A stretch of DNA of 58,730 nt, counting the filler, from Sphacelaria rigidula (lineage: Eukaryota): assembly GCA_964200075.2 (NCBI GenBank). It is 10 parts of 10 records of this genome, joined end to end, with 100 filler letters (N's around TTAATTAATTAA, not from the genome) between each part and the next. Parts side by side here need not be neighbours in the genome. Positions count along the whole stretch, not along the records: positions 5,884 to 11,666 come from CAXNAA020024489.1; positions 11,767 to 17,549 come from CAXNAA020024490.1; positions 17,650 to 23,432 come from CAXNAA020024491.1; 7 more parts are not named here. One strand, given 5' to 3'. How positions within the stretch are numbered: the stretch's first letter is position 1; each line of letters starts with the position of its first letter. Positions 10,253 through 22,010 of the stretch are shown in pieces. Position numbers and translations under genes: made by a program. The notes beneath the pieces are model-generated. The model saw nothing but the letters and a program-made list of their open reading frames with translations, had not been told where the DNA came from and made no database searches.

Positions 10253-10950
10253 TCAAAGATCATCGATCCCTAGCACGTCGATCCTTGCCAGCAGCAATGA
10301 GACATCGGTCGCCTGCATCGCATGTGCAACACGCTGGCGGTATGCATCAACTCGAGAGCGAAGGCCATCGTTAAGGGTCATGACTTGTTCCTGGCGCGTG
10401 TCGGCGACATACCCGTGGAGGGTGTCTGATGTGTTGACATCATGCCGTTGACATGCCTTGCGGTAACTGTTAATGATGTTTTCCAGTCCCATTGGCTTGT
10501 CGTGACCGTCACAATCCGGACAGACTCCGTCCAATCCGCGGGGTGTAAAACTTGGCCGGCCATCTCTTCTGACTGAGCATGACCGTGAATATTCAAAAAT
10601 ATAAAACCCTGGTGTTTACTCAATACGACCTTTGTGGCTTTGAGGGCGTCCGCTGCGTTGACAATTTGAGGTTGAAACGCCTCGCGGTAGGCATCGACAA
10701 TGTTTTCGAACCCGCTGACATCCACTGATATGCCTTTTTGTTGCCGATGTTGTTCTCGCCATATAATTGGTTTTTGTCCAATCGCCGCAGTGAATCGAAG
10801 AAGCCAAGAAAATTCCTTCTTCCAGTCCATATCGGTCTGGCGCCATATTTGTGGAACATGCAAGGACAAATGCACCTCATGTTCAAGCAGATTGGGTGTG
10901 TGCCAAACGTACGCGAAAAAAACACTCCAATCCTCTCTTTCGTAGAATCA
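10253..10950 (-). pseudogene. Intronless frameshifted ORF (~230 aa) of unknown function with an internal repeat
   Basis: ORFs 10378-10875 and 10253-10534 overlap in different frames and each carries a copy of one module: GFENIVDAYREAFQPQIVNAADAL vs GLENIINSYRKACQRHDVNTSDTL. Confidence 0.5.
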
Positions 10951-11766
10951 TGGCTTCCTCAGGGGGAAGTGTTGAACAGAAGAGTATCTGTCTGTAGAAG
11001 CACATGGTTGAAACCTTGCGACACATGACAGCTGGTGTGTTTTTTCTCTACGGTGTCAAAGCCGAGATTTCCTCTGGTGGAGGGTGTCCTACGCCGCCAT
11101 ATTGGAGGTATGCGACGTCGAGTATGAGCGCGGTGTTCGCGTTTGCTCTCCGCCACGCAAACGCGGCCACTCAATGGTGTGCTGCGCCAAACAGTCTAGC
11201 ACACTGTGGTGGCGCAAAATACCGCGTGTTACACATTAGTCTCGTGTAGATCTAGAACCTTTTAGCTATTTAGCTACTTTGAAGACAGACAGGTTGGTAC
11301 CTTGACAGCTACTCGCAACCGAAAGGCTCGTGGCACGCAGGTTTCAGGTTTCCGCCTCAACACGAGGCACTTGGCTACAACATGTAGGGAGACTGTTTGT
11401 CTGCATTCGTATCGATTTCAGAGTGTGGCTCCGAAACAAAATTGCATGTCCTTTTTGTATCACCAGAAATAAACCAGCACTGAAGCACAACGGAAGGGCA
11501 ATACCCGCATGATTGAGAGTAGCCTCGTCACGATTGCAATGTGCAGAATGTGCAACACGCAACCAAGGTGGGGGGCATAGATTATGTGGGACACTACGGT
11601 GTTCGGCGGTACGCAGCTTTTATCATTCGCGCACGGGGGGGGGGGGGGCGTACTCATTCGTTGCTTNNNNNNNNNNNNNNNNNNNNNNNNNNNNNNNNNN
11701 NNNNNNNNNNTTAATTAATTAANNNNNNNNNNNNNNNNNNNNNNNNNNNNNNNNNNNNNNNNNNNN

Positions 11767-14700
11767 AATGGCCTCACGTCTAATTCGTAGCGGGGCCACA
11801 GCGGCACCTACAGCTTCGACAGCAACACCGCCGACTCTGACGGCCACGTCGGGGCTGCCGGCCACTTCAACTACCCCTTTGCCGGTTTAACCGGCTACCG
11901 CCATGCCGGCGGCGGGGGCAAAAACGTGGCACCAGCGCCTTGGACATCCCAACGAGCGCACTATGGAGGCGGCGCGGGACGGGACATCACCAAGACGGGT
12001 GTTCAGTTTACCGGCTCGCTGAACTCGTGCAAGGTCTGCCAAATCAACAAGGGCGTCAGATAGCCGATTCGGAACAAGCCGGCTTCAACCGTCATCTCCG
12101 AAAGGCTGCAATTGGTCAGCACGGACCTATTGGGACCCGTTACGCCCCCGGCGCGTGGGAATTTCAGGTACATGGCCAAGTACTCGTACCACTACAGCAA
12201 ATTCAAAGCCGTCTACTTCATTTCCATCAAGGACGAAGCACTCACAACGCTCGTCAAATTTGTGCACGACTTGGCTATGCCGCTGGGACTCTGAATTCAG
12301 CACCTACGGGCCGATGGTGGTGGCGAGTTTATCGCCGGCTACTACCGCGAGTACTGCAAGACCACCGCGATCGTCTAACAGTTTAGCTCGCCCAATACGC
12401 CGGAGCAAAACGGCCTCAGCGAGCGCGACGAGCGCACAATCATGGACGTGGCCCGATGCCTTCTCAACGGCGCAGCCCTCCGAAATTCCCTCTGGGGGGA
12501 AGTGGCGGCCACTGCGGTTTTTCTCCTGAACCGCCTGCCGAACAAGACTATCGGCAGAAACACCCCCTATTACAGGATGTTCGGTAAGCACGTCGATCTA
12601 TCCTTCCTGCGCACCATCGGGGCGCGCGCCTTCGTTCACCATGAGGGGCATCTACGCAAGCTAAATCCTAGGGCGCGCGAAGGAGTTCTCATCGGCTACG
12701 ACAACGACAAGCCTGCCTACCGAATCTACGACCGCCACACAGGGCAGGTCATCAGCACCCGCAACGTTACTTTCGTAGAGGCGCCACCGGTCGCTGTTCG
12801 CACCACAACCAGCGCTCGGGGGCAAGATTACAGCGACGACCCAATGTTTGAGGACTTCGCGCTGGACAGCAACAGTGCCGATGACAGTATCGACATCATC
12901 AACGACAACATCAACGACCGCTTTTTCAACGGCATCAGCAATTTGGACGCAGCAGACCAATCGAATGATTCACCGCTCGGCTCTACGCGGCAACTGCAAT
13001 CGGCAACATCCCCATCTCCGAAACCCGCGGCTACCGCCACAAGAACGTTTTCTCCCTCCGGCCTGAACCAAGCGCGGGCGCTTTGCCAGCTGGCGCTTGC
13101 CGTGGACTTCGCTGCAAGCCAAGAGTCGTACTCGCTTATGCAACAAGTGAGTCACTACATCGGCGTTGTGGGGCTACACAAAGTCACTACTCTAGGGGCC
13201 ATCCCTGGACCCAACACCTTCAAGGGGGTAATGGCCTCGCCTCATTCTGCGAAATTGCTGACGGTGGCGCGGAAGGGGCAACAGAGCATCATCGACCTCC
13301 AGGTTTTCGAGTTGGTTCCTCCGGAAGCAGTTCCTCCAGGCCATAACATCATCGGCTCACGCTGGGTGTTCAAGGTAAAAACGGATGGGCGATTCAAAGG
13401 CAGAGTCTTCGGAACGGGCTGTTCGCAGAGGCACGGCATAGACTGCGGTAGCACGTTTGCGCCGGTTTGCCGGATCGAGAGTCAACGCCTCCTTCTTGCC
13501 ATCGCCGCTGCCAACGGATGGAGCGTCTCAGCCATGGACTTCTCAACAGCATTTCTCAACGGGAAGCTCGAGGAAGAAGTCTGCATGCGGCAGGCGCCGG
13601 GGTTCGAAAAGGAGAACTCGCGGGGGCGACCGTTCATCATGAAGCTGCACAAGTCCATCTACGGGCTGCGGCAGTCACTAAAAGTATGGAACAGCACGAT
13701 CGACGGCGATCTGCGAGCACTCGGCTTCGAACCAACCGTGAGCGACGCATGCGTGTACGTCAAGGGCAGCGGAGACGACTACATCATGCTCACTCTGTAC
13801 GTGAACGACCTCCTCATCACGGGACCCAACTCAGCAATCGTGGCCAAACCCCGGAAAGCACTCATGGACAAGTTTTCTTTGACGGATTTTGGCGACGCCA
13901 CTAAAATCTTGGGGATCGACATCATCCAGGACAAGTAGCTCGGCACCATCAGCATCAGCCAAGAGCCCCGCGTAATGTCGCTACTGCAAAAGTGCGGCAC
14001 GTCCGACTGCAACGCAGTACACACACCTGGAATCGGCAACGAGCTGACCGCGGAGCCCGAAGGCAGCGTACCGCTCGACAAGGATGACACTCTCGACTCC
14101 CAGAGCATCGTGGGGTCCCCCATCTTCCTGTGCCAGTGTGCCCGCGTGGACATCTGCTTCGCAGTGTCACAGGCGGCACGGTTCATGAGCAAGCCAACCT
14201 CAGTACACATGGGGGCCGTGAAACGCATTCTGCGATACCTGCGCGGCACCCCTGACATTCACCTACAGCCGGAACAGGAGCTTCGAGCTCACTGGGTTCT
14301 GTGACGCCTCTTACGGCACGGGCAACCCGGAGAAGGCTAGGTCTACATCTGGGAGCATCTACTTCCTTGCTGGGGGTGTCATACACTTCTCGGCTAGCGT
14401 TCAGAAACTCTCAGCCCAATCTTCAACGCCGAAGCGGAGCTGATTGCCATGAGCTCTTGCGCAAAACAAGGCATTTGCCTGTGTGGCATCCTCGGAGTGC
14501 TCGGATGGAGGACCTTCCGCAGCGCCCGCATATTTTGCGACAATAAGGGCGCCCTGCTACTCGCGGGACAGGGCTCGTACAGCAGCAGGAGCAAACACCT
14601 TGCGATCAGGTTCGCCGACCTTCGCGTTTGGATCACCGACGACAAGATTATCATCGACCATGTCTCCACGAAGGGTCAGCTCAGCGACATCCTCACCAAG

Positions 14701-14799
14701 TTCCTGGCTAGGCCCCTCTTCACGGAGATGCTTGCGGCCATCCTCAGGGGACCGGACCTCCAGCAGGGCAAGCTACCACGTCACTACTTTTCAACTTGA
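11767..14799 (+). mobile_element. Ty1/Copia pol, 3' part (GAG-pre-integrase, integrase, RT, RNase H), disrupted
   Basis: Motifs WHQRLGHPNE, VSTDLLGP, ADGGGEF, PEQNGLSER, IGSRWVFKVK, LHKSIYGLRQS, LYVNDLLI (YVDD motif altered), CDASY, FCDNKGA, SKHLAIRF, QLSDILTK. Order IN-RT-RH is diagnostic of Copia. In-frame stops at ~12292, ~12376 and ~13936, plus frameshifts. Confidence 0.97.
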
Positions 14800-15108
14800 G
14801 GAATTCCACAGCTTTTCTTCGCGGTTCTACTTTTTTTGTTTGCTTTTCTTGGATCACCAGGATGGTTTAGCTGGAACTACTTACTCAGCGGACTGTATCA
14901 ACGGTTTCCTTTTTGTGTATGTAGCGTAACGATGGCTGCATTATGAGCATACTTTGTTTTTGCTTCACCTTTCCTTCTTTTCTTCGGACGGTCAGGACAT
15001 CGGGAATGATATTTGTCAGCGTGCCTGTTCAACCTTCTCTGTAGAAAGCTTCCATCACGGAGGCGCACTTCGTAGCATTCATCGATATAGGCTTCCATCG
15101 CGGGGGCG

Positions 15109-15570
15109 TGTTAGAACAACAGATTCGTTATTGGCCTCTTATTTCGATAGTCGCTCATATCGGGTAAATAGCAGTACAACTTCCGCATCCTCAGAGGATT
15201 GCAACTGTTCTAAGATGGTTAGCGGAGCTTCCGTCTCTGTCGGGTTAATGTAAAGTTCTAGGATTCTCATTACTTTGTTCTAGAGTTCTCTCGGGTGAAT
15301 GTCAAGTCGTACGATTCTCATAAGTAAGAATATTCTCATAAGTAAGAAGTTAGGCGTAGCGCATTGATCCGAGGGTTCTTGTGGGTTTCCCCCAAACCCT
15401 CTCACTCTCTTTTTCTTCTTCACTCTCTTCACTGAGATTCTCGGCCACATAAGCGCCAATTTCCAACGTCAGTCTTCTCGACAAGCAACTGTGCTTTACC
15501 GCCACTTCGTGCTGGCTCTGTGCATCTCCTTGAGATATCACGCCACATCAAGAACTACCTCATTCTTTCA
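15109..15570 (+). mobile_element. Copia LTR (462 bp) shared by two tandem internal regions
   Basis: Starts TGTTAG right after a G-rich PPT-like tract (CGGGGGCG, 15101-15108) and ends TTTCA. It is immediately followed by the PBS GGTTATGAGCC. Confidence 0.88.
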
Positions 15571-15581
15571 GGTTATGAGCC
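15571..15581 (+). promoter_or_regulatory. Primer-binding site, half-tRNA-iMet type
   Basis: GGTTATGAGCC directly after the LTR CA end. It resembles the GGTTATGGGCCC PBS of copia-type elements primed by a cleaved tRNA-iMet. Confidence 0.8.
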
Positions 15582-15750
15582 TTGATCGTGATCAGCACAC
15601 CGCATCGACGTTCTTCTAGGTCCGTCACTTCAAGCCGCATCCTCCGAGGGAGCACCTCCGAAGATCACCGCAATTCTCCGGAGATTTTCGTCTAAAATAA
15701 TTTCGACGAGATATCATCTCCATCTTCGACTACTTCTAGTTCAACCGCCA

Positions 15751-17549
15751 GTGCCTATCATTGGAGAGCCCACTTCGGCGGCTAGTCAACTCATCAGGAG
15801 TATCAGCAAGTTCGATGGTCACCACTTCGTGCCGTGGCGGAGGACACTTCCCGCAACGGCTGACCTTCTTCATCCCGAAATTTCTCGGATTCTGGACGGC
15901 GAGCCTCGACCCGCCGTCACCTACGAGCGCAGGACTCTGCAGAGGACTGCGACCACCCCAGCCGTCTCAAGGGGGCGACACCGGCGCCAGCGCTGACTCC
16001 GGGAGGACCGGAGAGACCGAGGTCAGCGGAGCTGAGGGTGGCCTGCCCGGCGGGCGCACAGCGGAAATTCCCGCGTCAACAATCCCTACCGACGACCTGT
16101 TCGCCGATACGACGATCAGCAACCAAACAGATCTGGACGCTTGGGATGGCAACAACAGACAGCTCTTCAGCGTCCTCCTGCTGTACACCAAGGGAGAGGC
16201 CAACAGCTTCGTCAGTAGCCTTGCCGCGCGCGAGGGCCGAACGGCCAAGCTGCGTGGATTGCTCTGAACAAGAAATACCTCAATTCTTCGTCACAAAGAC
16301 GGCGCATTTTGATGCGGGGTCTCCAGCAACATCTTATGGCGCCCAATCAAGACCCGGACGAGTACATCCTGGCCATGCATCAAAAGCGGGACGAGCTCGA
16401 ACAGATCAACGAGCCCGTATCGGACGCCCGCATGCAGGACCTCATTCTCGAGGGCCTGACTGGTGAATACGAGACACTTCGCTTTGCGGCGGAGAGGGAC
16501 CCCGAGATGACGCTCGAAGAGATCGAGACCACTGCTCGGAACATGTTCACCAATCGTGTGGCGCGCGGCGAATTGTCGGCGCCATCGCGCACAAAAGGGC
16601 GCGAGTTCGCTATGACTGCGACTCCATCGTTTCGGGGCACGTGCGATTACTGCAACAAGCCTGGACGCAACAAATCGTCCTGTTTCATCCTGCAACGCGA
16701 TCGCGACGCTGGCTCGTCATCCACATCTGGCCGGAGAAGCAACTGGTGGTGCAGCTACCACAAAACGCATCTCCACGACAACGCCGACTGCATGAAGCAG
16801 CAACGGCAAAGGAACGGCGGCTCCAACGGGACCGACGGAGCCGGTCGCAACGGCGGCGGCAGCAACGGCGGCGGAGGCCGGAATAACAACAACAACAACA
16901 ACGGCGGCGGCGGCGGCGGCAGCAACGGCGGCGGAGGCCGGAACCCAGCAACAACAACGGACACCGGAGTGGTGGAGGATCGACCTCAGGACAGGCCAAC
17001 ACGGCTGTCACCGTGGACTCTACGACTACAGCAACAGCTCCACCCCCGGCTCCACCTCCAGCGGCAGCGGCTACGCCCGCGCCGTCAGCGACGACTACAC
17101 CATATAACAACCTATCTACTGCCCCCCCGTCCTGCATTGGCTACTTTTTCCTGGTAGTCGGCTTTCCTACTCCAGACCCAATCCAGTTAACCATGACGTC
17201 GGACTGCGGAGCTTCATCACACTTCGTTGACAGCCACCTTATCAAGGACATCGAATCGCGCATGTCCGACTTCGTCCGGCTCGACCCGCCGGTGACGATA
17301 GTCGTCGCCGACAACAACACTCTCACCGGAGTCAGCATGGGCACTCTCACCGTGAGCGCCATCGACGACCGCGGCACGGCCCACGACATCTACCTGCCGG
17401 CCATGAACGTGCCGGGGCTAGGGCGTCACCTGTTTTCGGGAGGTACGGCAGCACTCAAGGGGGTTAACACGGTTGTCGCCAAGCAGTCGTACTTGGACGT
17501 CGGACCGTTCAAGATTCCACTTCGAAAGGACATCGACTGCCCCACTATC
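15751..17549 (+). mobile_element. Ty1/Copia gag-protease, 5' part of the next copy, disrupted and cut by the segment end
   Basis: KFDGHHFVPW...QLFSVLLLYTKGEA...QDPDEYI...LILEGLTGEYE (copia gag). Zn-knuckle remnant CDYCNKPGRNKSSC, WCSYHKTHLHDNADC, and protease motif MTSDCGASSHF. Frameshifts near 15960, 16260 and 16945. Confidence 0.93.
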
Positions 17550-17822
17550 NNNNNNNNNNNNNNNNNNNNNNNNNNNNNNNNNNNNNNNNNNNNTTAATTA
17601 ATTAANNNNNNNNNNNNNNNNNNNNNNNNNNNNNNNNNNNNNNNNNNNNTCTCGGTATTGAAACGTTCTATTCCGTTTTTTTTTTTTTCGATTTCTTGAC
17701 CCGCTCTTTTCTCACGTTGTTCCATTATCGAGCATGTCATGCGGCCTACGAGCCTTGGTTGACGCAAGCCTTGATTTTGTTGTCGTTTCTTCGTCTTCTC
17801 CTTTGCCCTTGCACCTTTGCAG

Positions 17823-17955
17823 TGCGGAGTGGGGCACCCGTGATGTGGCCTCGTTCGACAGCGGCGTGTGCGAGAACAAAGCGAACTCCATGTCGTGGAA
17901 GAAGTACATGTACACATTCTGGGCTGTGGCCGGCGGGATGGCGACAGGTGCTATG
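17823..17955 (+). CDS. Exon of a membrane protein gene (WGTR motif + TM helix)
   Basis: polypyrimidine ttgcag| T GCG GAG TGG GGC ACC CGT...GCT ATG |gtgagc encodes AEWGTRDVASFDSGVCENKANSMSWKKYMYTFWAVAGGMATGAM. Confidence 0.75.
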
Positions 17956-18029
17956 GTGAGCGGCCATGCTTCTTGTATGCTCACTTTATTCGTGATAATC
18001 GTGATGAGGAAAGGAGAGGGGGGATGGGG

Positions 18030-18071
18030 AGGGGGGGGGGGGGGCAACCCTTGAAGGGCGGGNNNNNNNNN

Positions 18072-18105
<34 letters not shown>

Positions 18106-18172
18106 CGCGGGGGGGGGGGGGGGGGGGGGGGGGGAGGGGGGGGGGTGGGGGGGGGGGGGGGGGTGGGGGGGG

Positions 18173-18231
<59 letters not shown>
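18030..18231. repeat. Poly-G tract with internal gap (low-quality or artefact-prone)
   Basis: ~200 nt of mostly G with an N gap. GCAACCCTTGAA is duplicated either side of the tract. Confidence 0.9.
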
Positions 18232-18233
<2 letters not shown>

Positions 18234-18234
18234 A

Positions 18235-18328
18235 CCCTTGAACGGCGAGAGAAGATCATCTTGAATCGGCATCAGTTTCATTTGAAAAGTACGCATGATC
18301 CCGATGGATTCTCCTCGCGGTCTGAGGG
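18235..18328. mobile_element. Diverged second copy of the piggyBac-like MITE, intronic
   Basis: CCCTTGAACGGCGAG...TTGAATCGGCATCAGTTTCA...CTCGCGGTCTGAGGG shares its ends and core with 2029-2126. Confidence 0.6.
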
Positions 18329-18617
18329 TCAATCTGGAGAACGTAAACAAGTCGTCCACAGCCTCCGTCGTGTAGTGATGATCATTCCACCAAGAAGACC
18401 CCCGTTCTTCGGTGTCATGTGTGAGGAAAGCACAGCTTGCGTACCAAACATAACGTTGCCTTTTCTTCCGTTTTTTTTGTTTCGTTTTGAATCCGAATTC
18501 GTACGCCCGCAGGTCGCTCATGACCTTTTTTTGTTATACGAGACGTCCCTCTCTTTCCACTAATGCACGTTTTTCTTTTTTCACTTCTTGTTTCGTCGTG
18601 TCCGCTCCCTTCTTCAG

Positions 18618-18775
18618 CTGCTTGCTACGTCGAATTTCACGTTTGTGCCCATCGTGGTCGGCATTCCCGTCGTAGCGAACGGGCTAAAGCTTGTGTTCTC
18701 GATTATCCCCGGCAAGCTGGAGAGGAAAAGGCAGCGGTTGCTCGTCGGGGAAGGCAGGGCCGATCGTCCGCTCAG
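18618..18775 (+). CDS. Second exon of the same membrane protein gene
   Basis: cttcag|CTGCTTGCT...CCGCTCAG|gtaggc encodes LLATSNFTFVPIVVGIPVVANGLKLVFSIIPGKLERKRQR.... Phase-compatible with both neighbouring exons. Confidence 0.8.
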
Positions 18776-19072
18776 GTAGGCAGGGTCACTTGTACGCGCA
18801 TGGATTCTATTTTCCCGCACTCTGTTGTTGCGATCATGCTCTCGACGTGTATACTGCTGCACTCGTACCCATCTCCCCTGTACCTGAAAAGTACTGTGCA
18901 CCTTGTGCACATGTTCATGAAAAGGTACCTCCTTACCACAGTTGTTGCTCTTCGTCTCCGACCTTTCTTTGCATCGCCGCCCTGCCAATCGACCGAAATG
19001 GTGTCTTCCCCGCCCCCCGGCCCGCCTCTCTCCTTCCTTTCTCTCACGACCAACAAATGATATCACCATTAG

Positions 19073-22010
19073 CCTCGGACTGAGGAGAACGACCGACCAG
19101 ACGTCTTCGACCACACTTGCCCTCGAAAGTTTGCCCGGAGATTATCGCACAACAGCCCGCACCAAATCCGCCGTGGTGTCAAACTGCCCAACGGAGAATG
19201 ACAGCTATGGCACGGCCGACGACGGCACCCCATCTCCCTCACTATCGAATCAATTTGCCTTCTCCGCCGACTCTCCGTCGGTAGCACCCGTCTTGAAGAT
19301 TTCGCCACCAACGCGCGGCGGCCGTGCGGGCCCCCACTCGAGGGATCCCCGCGGCATCGGCAAAAATGGAAGCGGAAACCGAAGTAGGAGTAGGAGTAGG
19401 AGCAGTAGCAGAAGTCCATCGACATCGAGACACGCATCTTCCCTCACTTCCGGGACGAGCCGCATGACCAACCCGAGGAGCGGACCCTTGGAAGGCGCTA
19501 GCATCAACGGAGACCCGGGCGAAGAAGAGACGCCGCCTCGACCGTTAATGAGCACTGTGCATAGTGGGCTGTTTTCCACTGAGGATACCGAGAGCGGGAT
19601 GGATGTGGACTCCGTGTTGGTGGCCGCGAATATGCGGGCTTCAGACGACCCATCTCCTCGCGCTGTCAAGGGAGTGAAGATGACGACCCCTGATGGAGCT
19701 TGCCGAGAAAGCGGAGACGGCGGCCCGGACAACATCCCGCAGGGTGTGGTTGAGCGCGAGGTACACAGCAAGGCCGATGGCGAAGGCGGCGGTGAGACCA
19801 AGCCACCGGGTGGAAAGGGGGATAAAGATGGTTCGCCGGTCCAGTCGGGTCCGCCGGCCGCACCGGATGATTCTGCCCGTCAGACCAATGTGGAGAACGC
19901 TCGACAGTCGGACTCAAGCCCCCAAGGTGTGGAGGGGGGACGCCCCAGCGACGAGGATGCAGGTTCCCCACAGGCGCCGGCTTGGAGGCCACCTAGTATA
20001 CCGCGGACGAGCAGCAGTGGTACCAAAATGCCGTCGCTTCCGCAACAGCAGACACAAGCTAGAGCAAGTGACAACAGGGGTAGTGGTGGTGGAGGCGGAG
20101 GAAGTGCTGGCGGCAAGGGCCGTAAAAAGGCCTCGACTGCTGAGGGCAAGCGTGGGCTCCACCGACGGGAATCGTCCGCAGATGACAGCGAAAACGAGCG
20201 AATACTGGCGGCAAACACGGCGAGGAATGCAGCATCTAGCGTGGGTCTCGCTGTGATCAACCAACGTACCGCCCCCAAGGCAAATCCTTTCACGGGCTCT
20301 CGAAAATCGTGGAATTTCGGGCATGGCAGCGACAGTGAGGATGACGCGCCTCCAGCTCCTGTTCGACAGACCATCCCCGCCCAAAACAGCAGTCAAGGTC
20401 TCTATGGCCGCTGGGGTGTGGGACGAGAGAGCTTTGACAGCGACGGGGACGGGGATGGGGACGGACACACGCACCACGTCCCCGGCGGTCGCAATGCTGG
20501 CATGAATGTCGCCCCCGCGGGGCAGGCGAATGGGCGGGGAAATGGAAACCGTCCATTCGGCACGGGCATGCTCAGTGGATGGGGCCGGAGGCAATCTTCG
20601 ATAGATGAAAGCGACGACGAGAGGATGCCTCCCGCCGTGGGGAACACCGGTAGAAATGCCGAAAACACGGCGGGGCGCGGAGTTGCGGGCTCGAAGGTCA
20701 CCGCTGCCGCACTTATCGGTACCCGCTCTACGTGGTACAACGGAGAGTCCTTCGAAAGCGAGGATGGAGAAAACAGGCGTGCTCCAGTCCCGGCACAGCG
20801 TACGGGTGCGCAGGTCCCGGGTCGTGGTGTTGCCGCTGCCCCGGTCCACGCCCGGGCCCCCCCCGCCGGCCGAAAACCAGGTGCCTACACGGCCTGGGGC
20901 GAAACCCCCATGGACAGCGAAGATGAGAATTATGTGCCCTCTCCAAACTTGTTCGCCCGGACATCCCTGGGGAGTGGTAAAGGCAAGTTTTCGCGTGGGG
21001 CTAGTGGAAGCGTCAAGGGTACCCTCGCAGAAGGCATTCGGAGCGGCGCCCCCAACGATACGGGCGGCACGAGGAGTAATGGTGCTAGCTGGGGCGTCAA
21101 AGGCGCCCTCGCAGAAGGTGTTCGGAGCGGCGCCCCCAACAATACCGACGGCAGGAGGAGCAGTAGTGGTAGCTGGGGCGTCAAGGGCACACTCGCAGAA
21201 GACGTTCGGAGCGGCGTCCCCAACGATGCCGGCGGCAGGAGGAGTAGTAGTGGTAGCTGGACCATGACGGGCACCCTCGCAGAGGGCGTTCGGGGGGGCG
21301 CCCCTGACAATGCTGGCAGCACGAGGAGTAGTAGTGGTAGCTGGGGAAATGCCGTCCTTGGGGCCGGCAACCAAGTGGCGAGAACTACTAGTGGGTGGGG
21401 CAGCTCCATCCTGGGCAGCATCGGCGGTAATCAGGTTGCCAGGAGCTCCGTACTTGGTGTCGGCGTCGGGAGCAGCCACGTACCGAATCCAACAATTGCT
21501 CCTGTGCCCTCCTCATCATCCCGGGCCGCTTCTGGGCCGTCAGTAGCTGCGCCCGTGCTGGTGCCGGCGGCAGTGGCAGCGGCGACGGTACCCGCTCGCG
21601 CCGCTCCGGTCGCGCCGGGTGGGACCGGCACAGACTCTCACCCTCGGCCGGCGGGTGGGGTACAGAAAGTCACACCGGCCGGAGGAGAGCGTGGTGTTGG
21701 AGACCCGGCGGCAGTGGCTAGGACTGGCCAGTCAGCAATCACCCTACAGAAGGAGCCTCCGACGGCTCCCGACCGCACCTGGGGTGCCGGGCAAAGCTCA
21801 GTATTTGACAGCTCTGGCAGCGAGGAGAGTGGGGGAGAGCGCGGCGGCAAGCCTCATAGCCTTCGGGGCGTGAAGATTCTGGCCAACGCCAACACTTCGT
21901 TGGCGGAGGGAGTGGCAGCTGCACGCGGCGACGGCAATGGGGGAGCGCAAGGCGGAGGCATCGCGAGCGCGGCCCACGGACGCACCGGCGGTGATGGCGA
22001 TGGTCGATGA
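19073..22010 (+). CDS. Terminal exon: ~980-aa Gly/Ser/Ala-rich disordered C-terminal tail
   Basis: cattag|C CTC GGA joins the upstream AG to give Ser in the frame of the 1022-aa ORF. Stop TGA at 22008-22010. Confidence 0.85.
21012..21347 (+). repeat. Coding tandem repeat, 4 x 84 bp (28 aa)
   Basis: VKGTLAEGIRSGAPNDTGGTRSNGASWG / VKGALAEGVRSGAPNNTDGRRSSSGSWG / VKGTLAEDVRSGVPNDAGGRRSSSGSWT / MTGTLAEGVRGGAPDNAGSTRSSSGSWG. Confidence 0.95.

Noticed and set aside
17712..18563. Poly-Pro and poly-Gly ORFs
   Set aside because: Translations of a poly-G tract with a gap inside an intron. The same applies to ORFs over C/G runs at ~22770, ~33860 and ~51460.
19914..21479. 521-aa minus-strand ORF and other overlapping ORFs
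   Set aside because: Antisense shadows of the GC-rich + strand exon, which has phase-consistent splice sites
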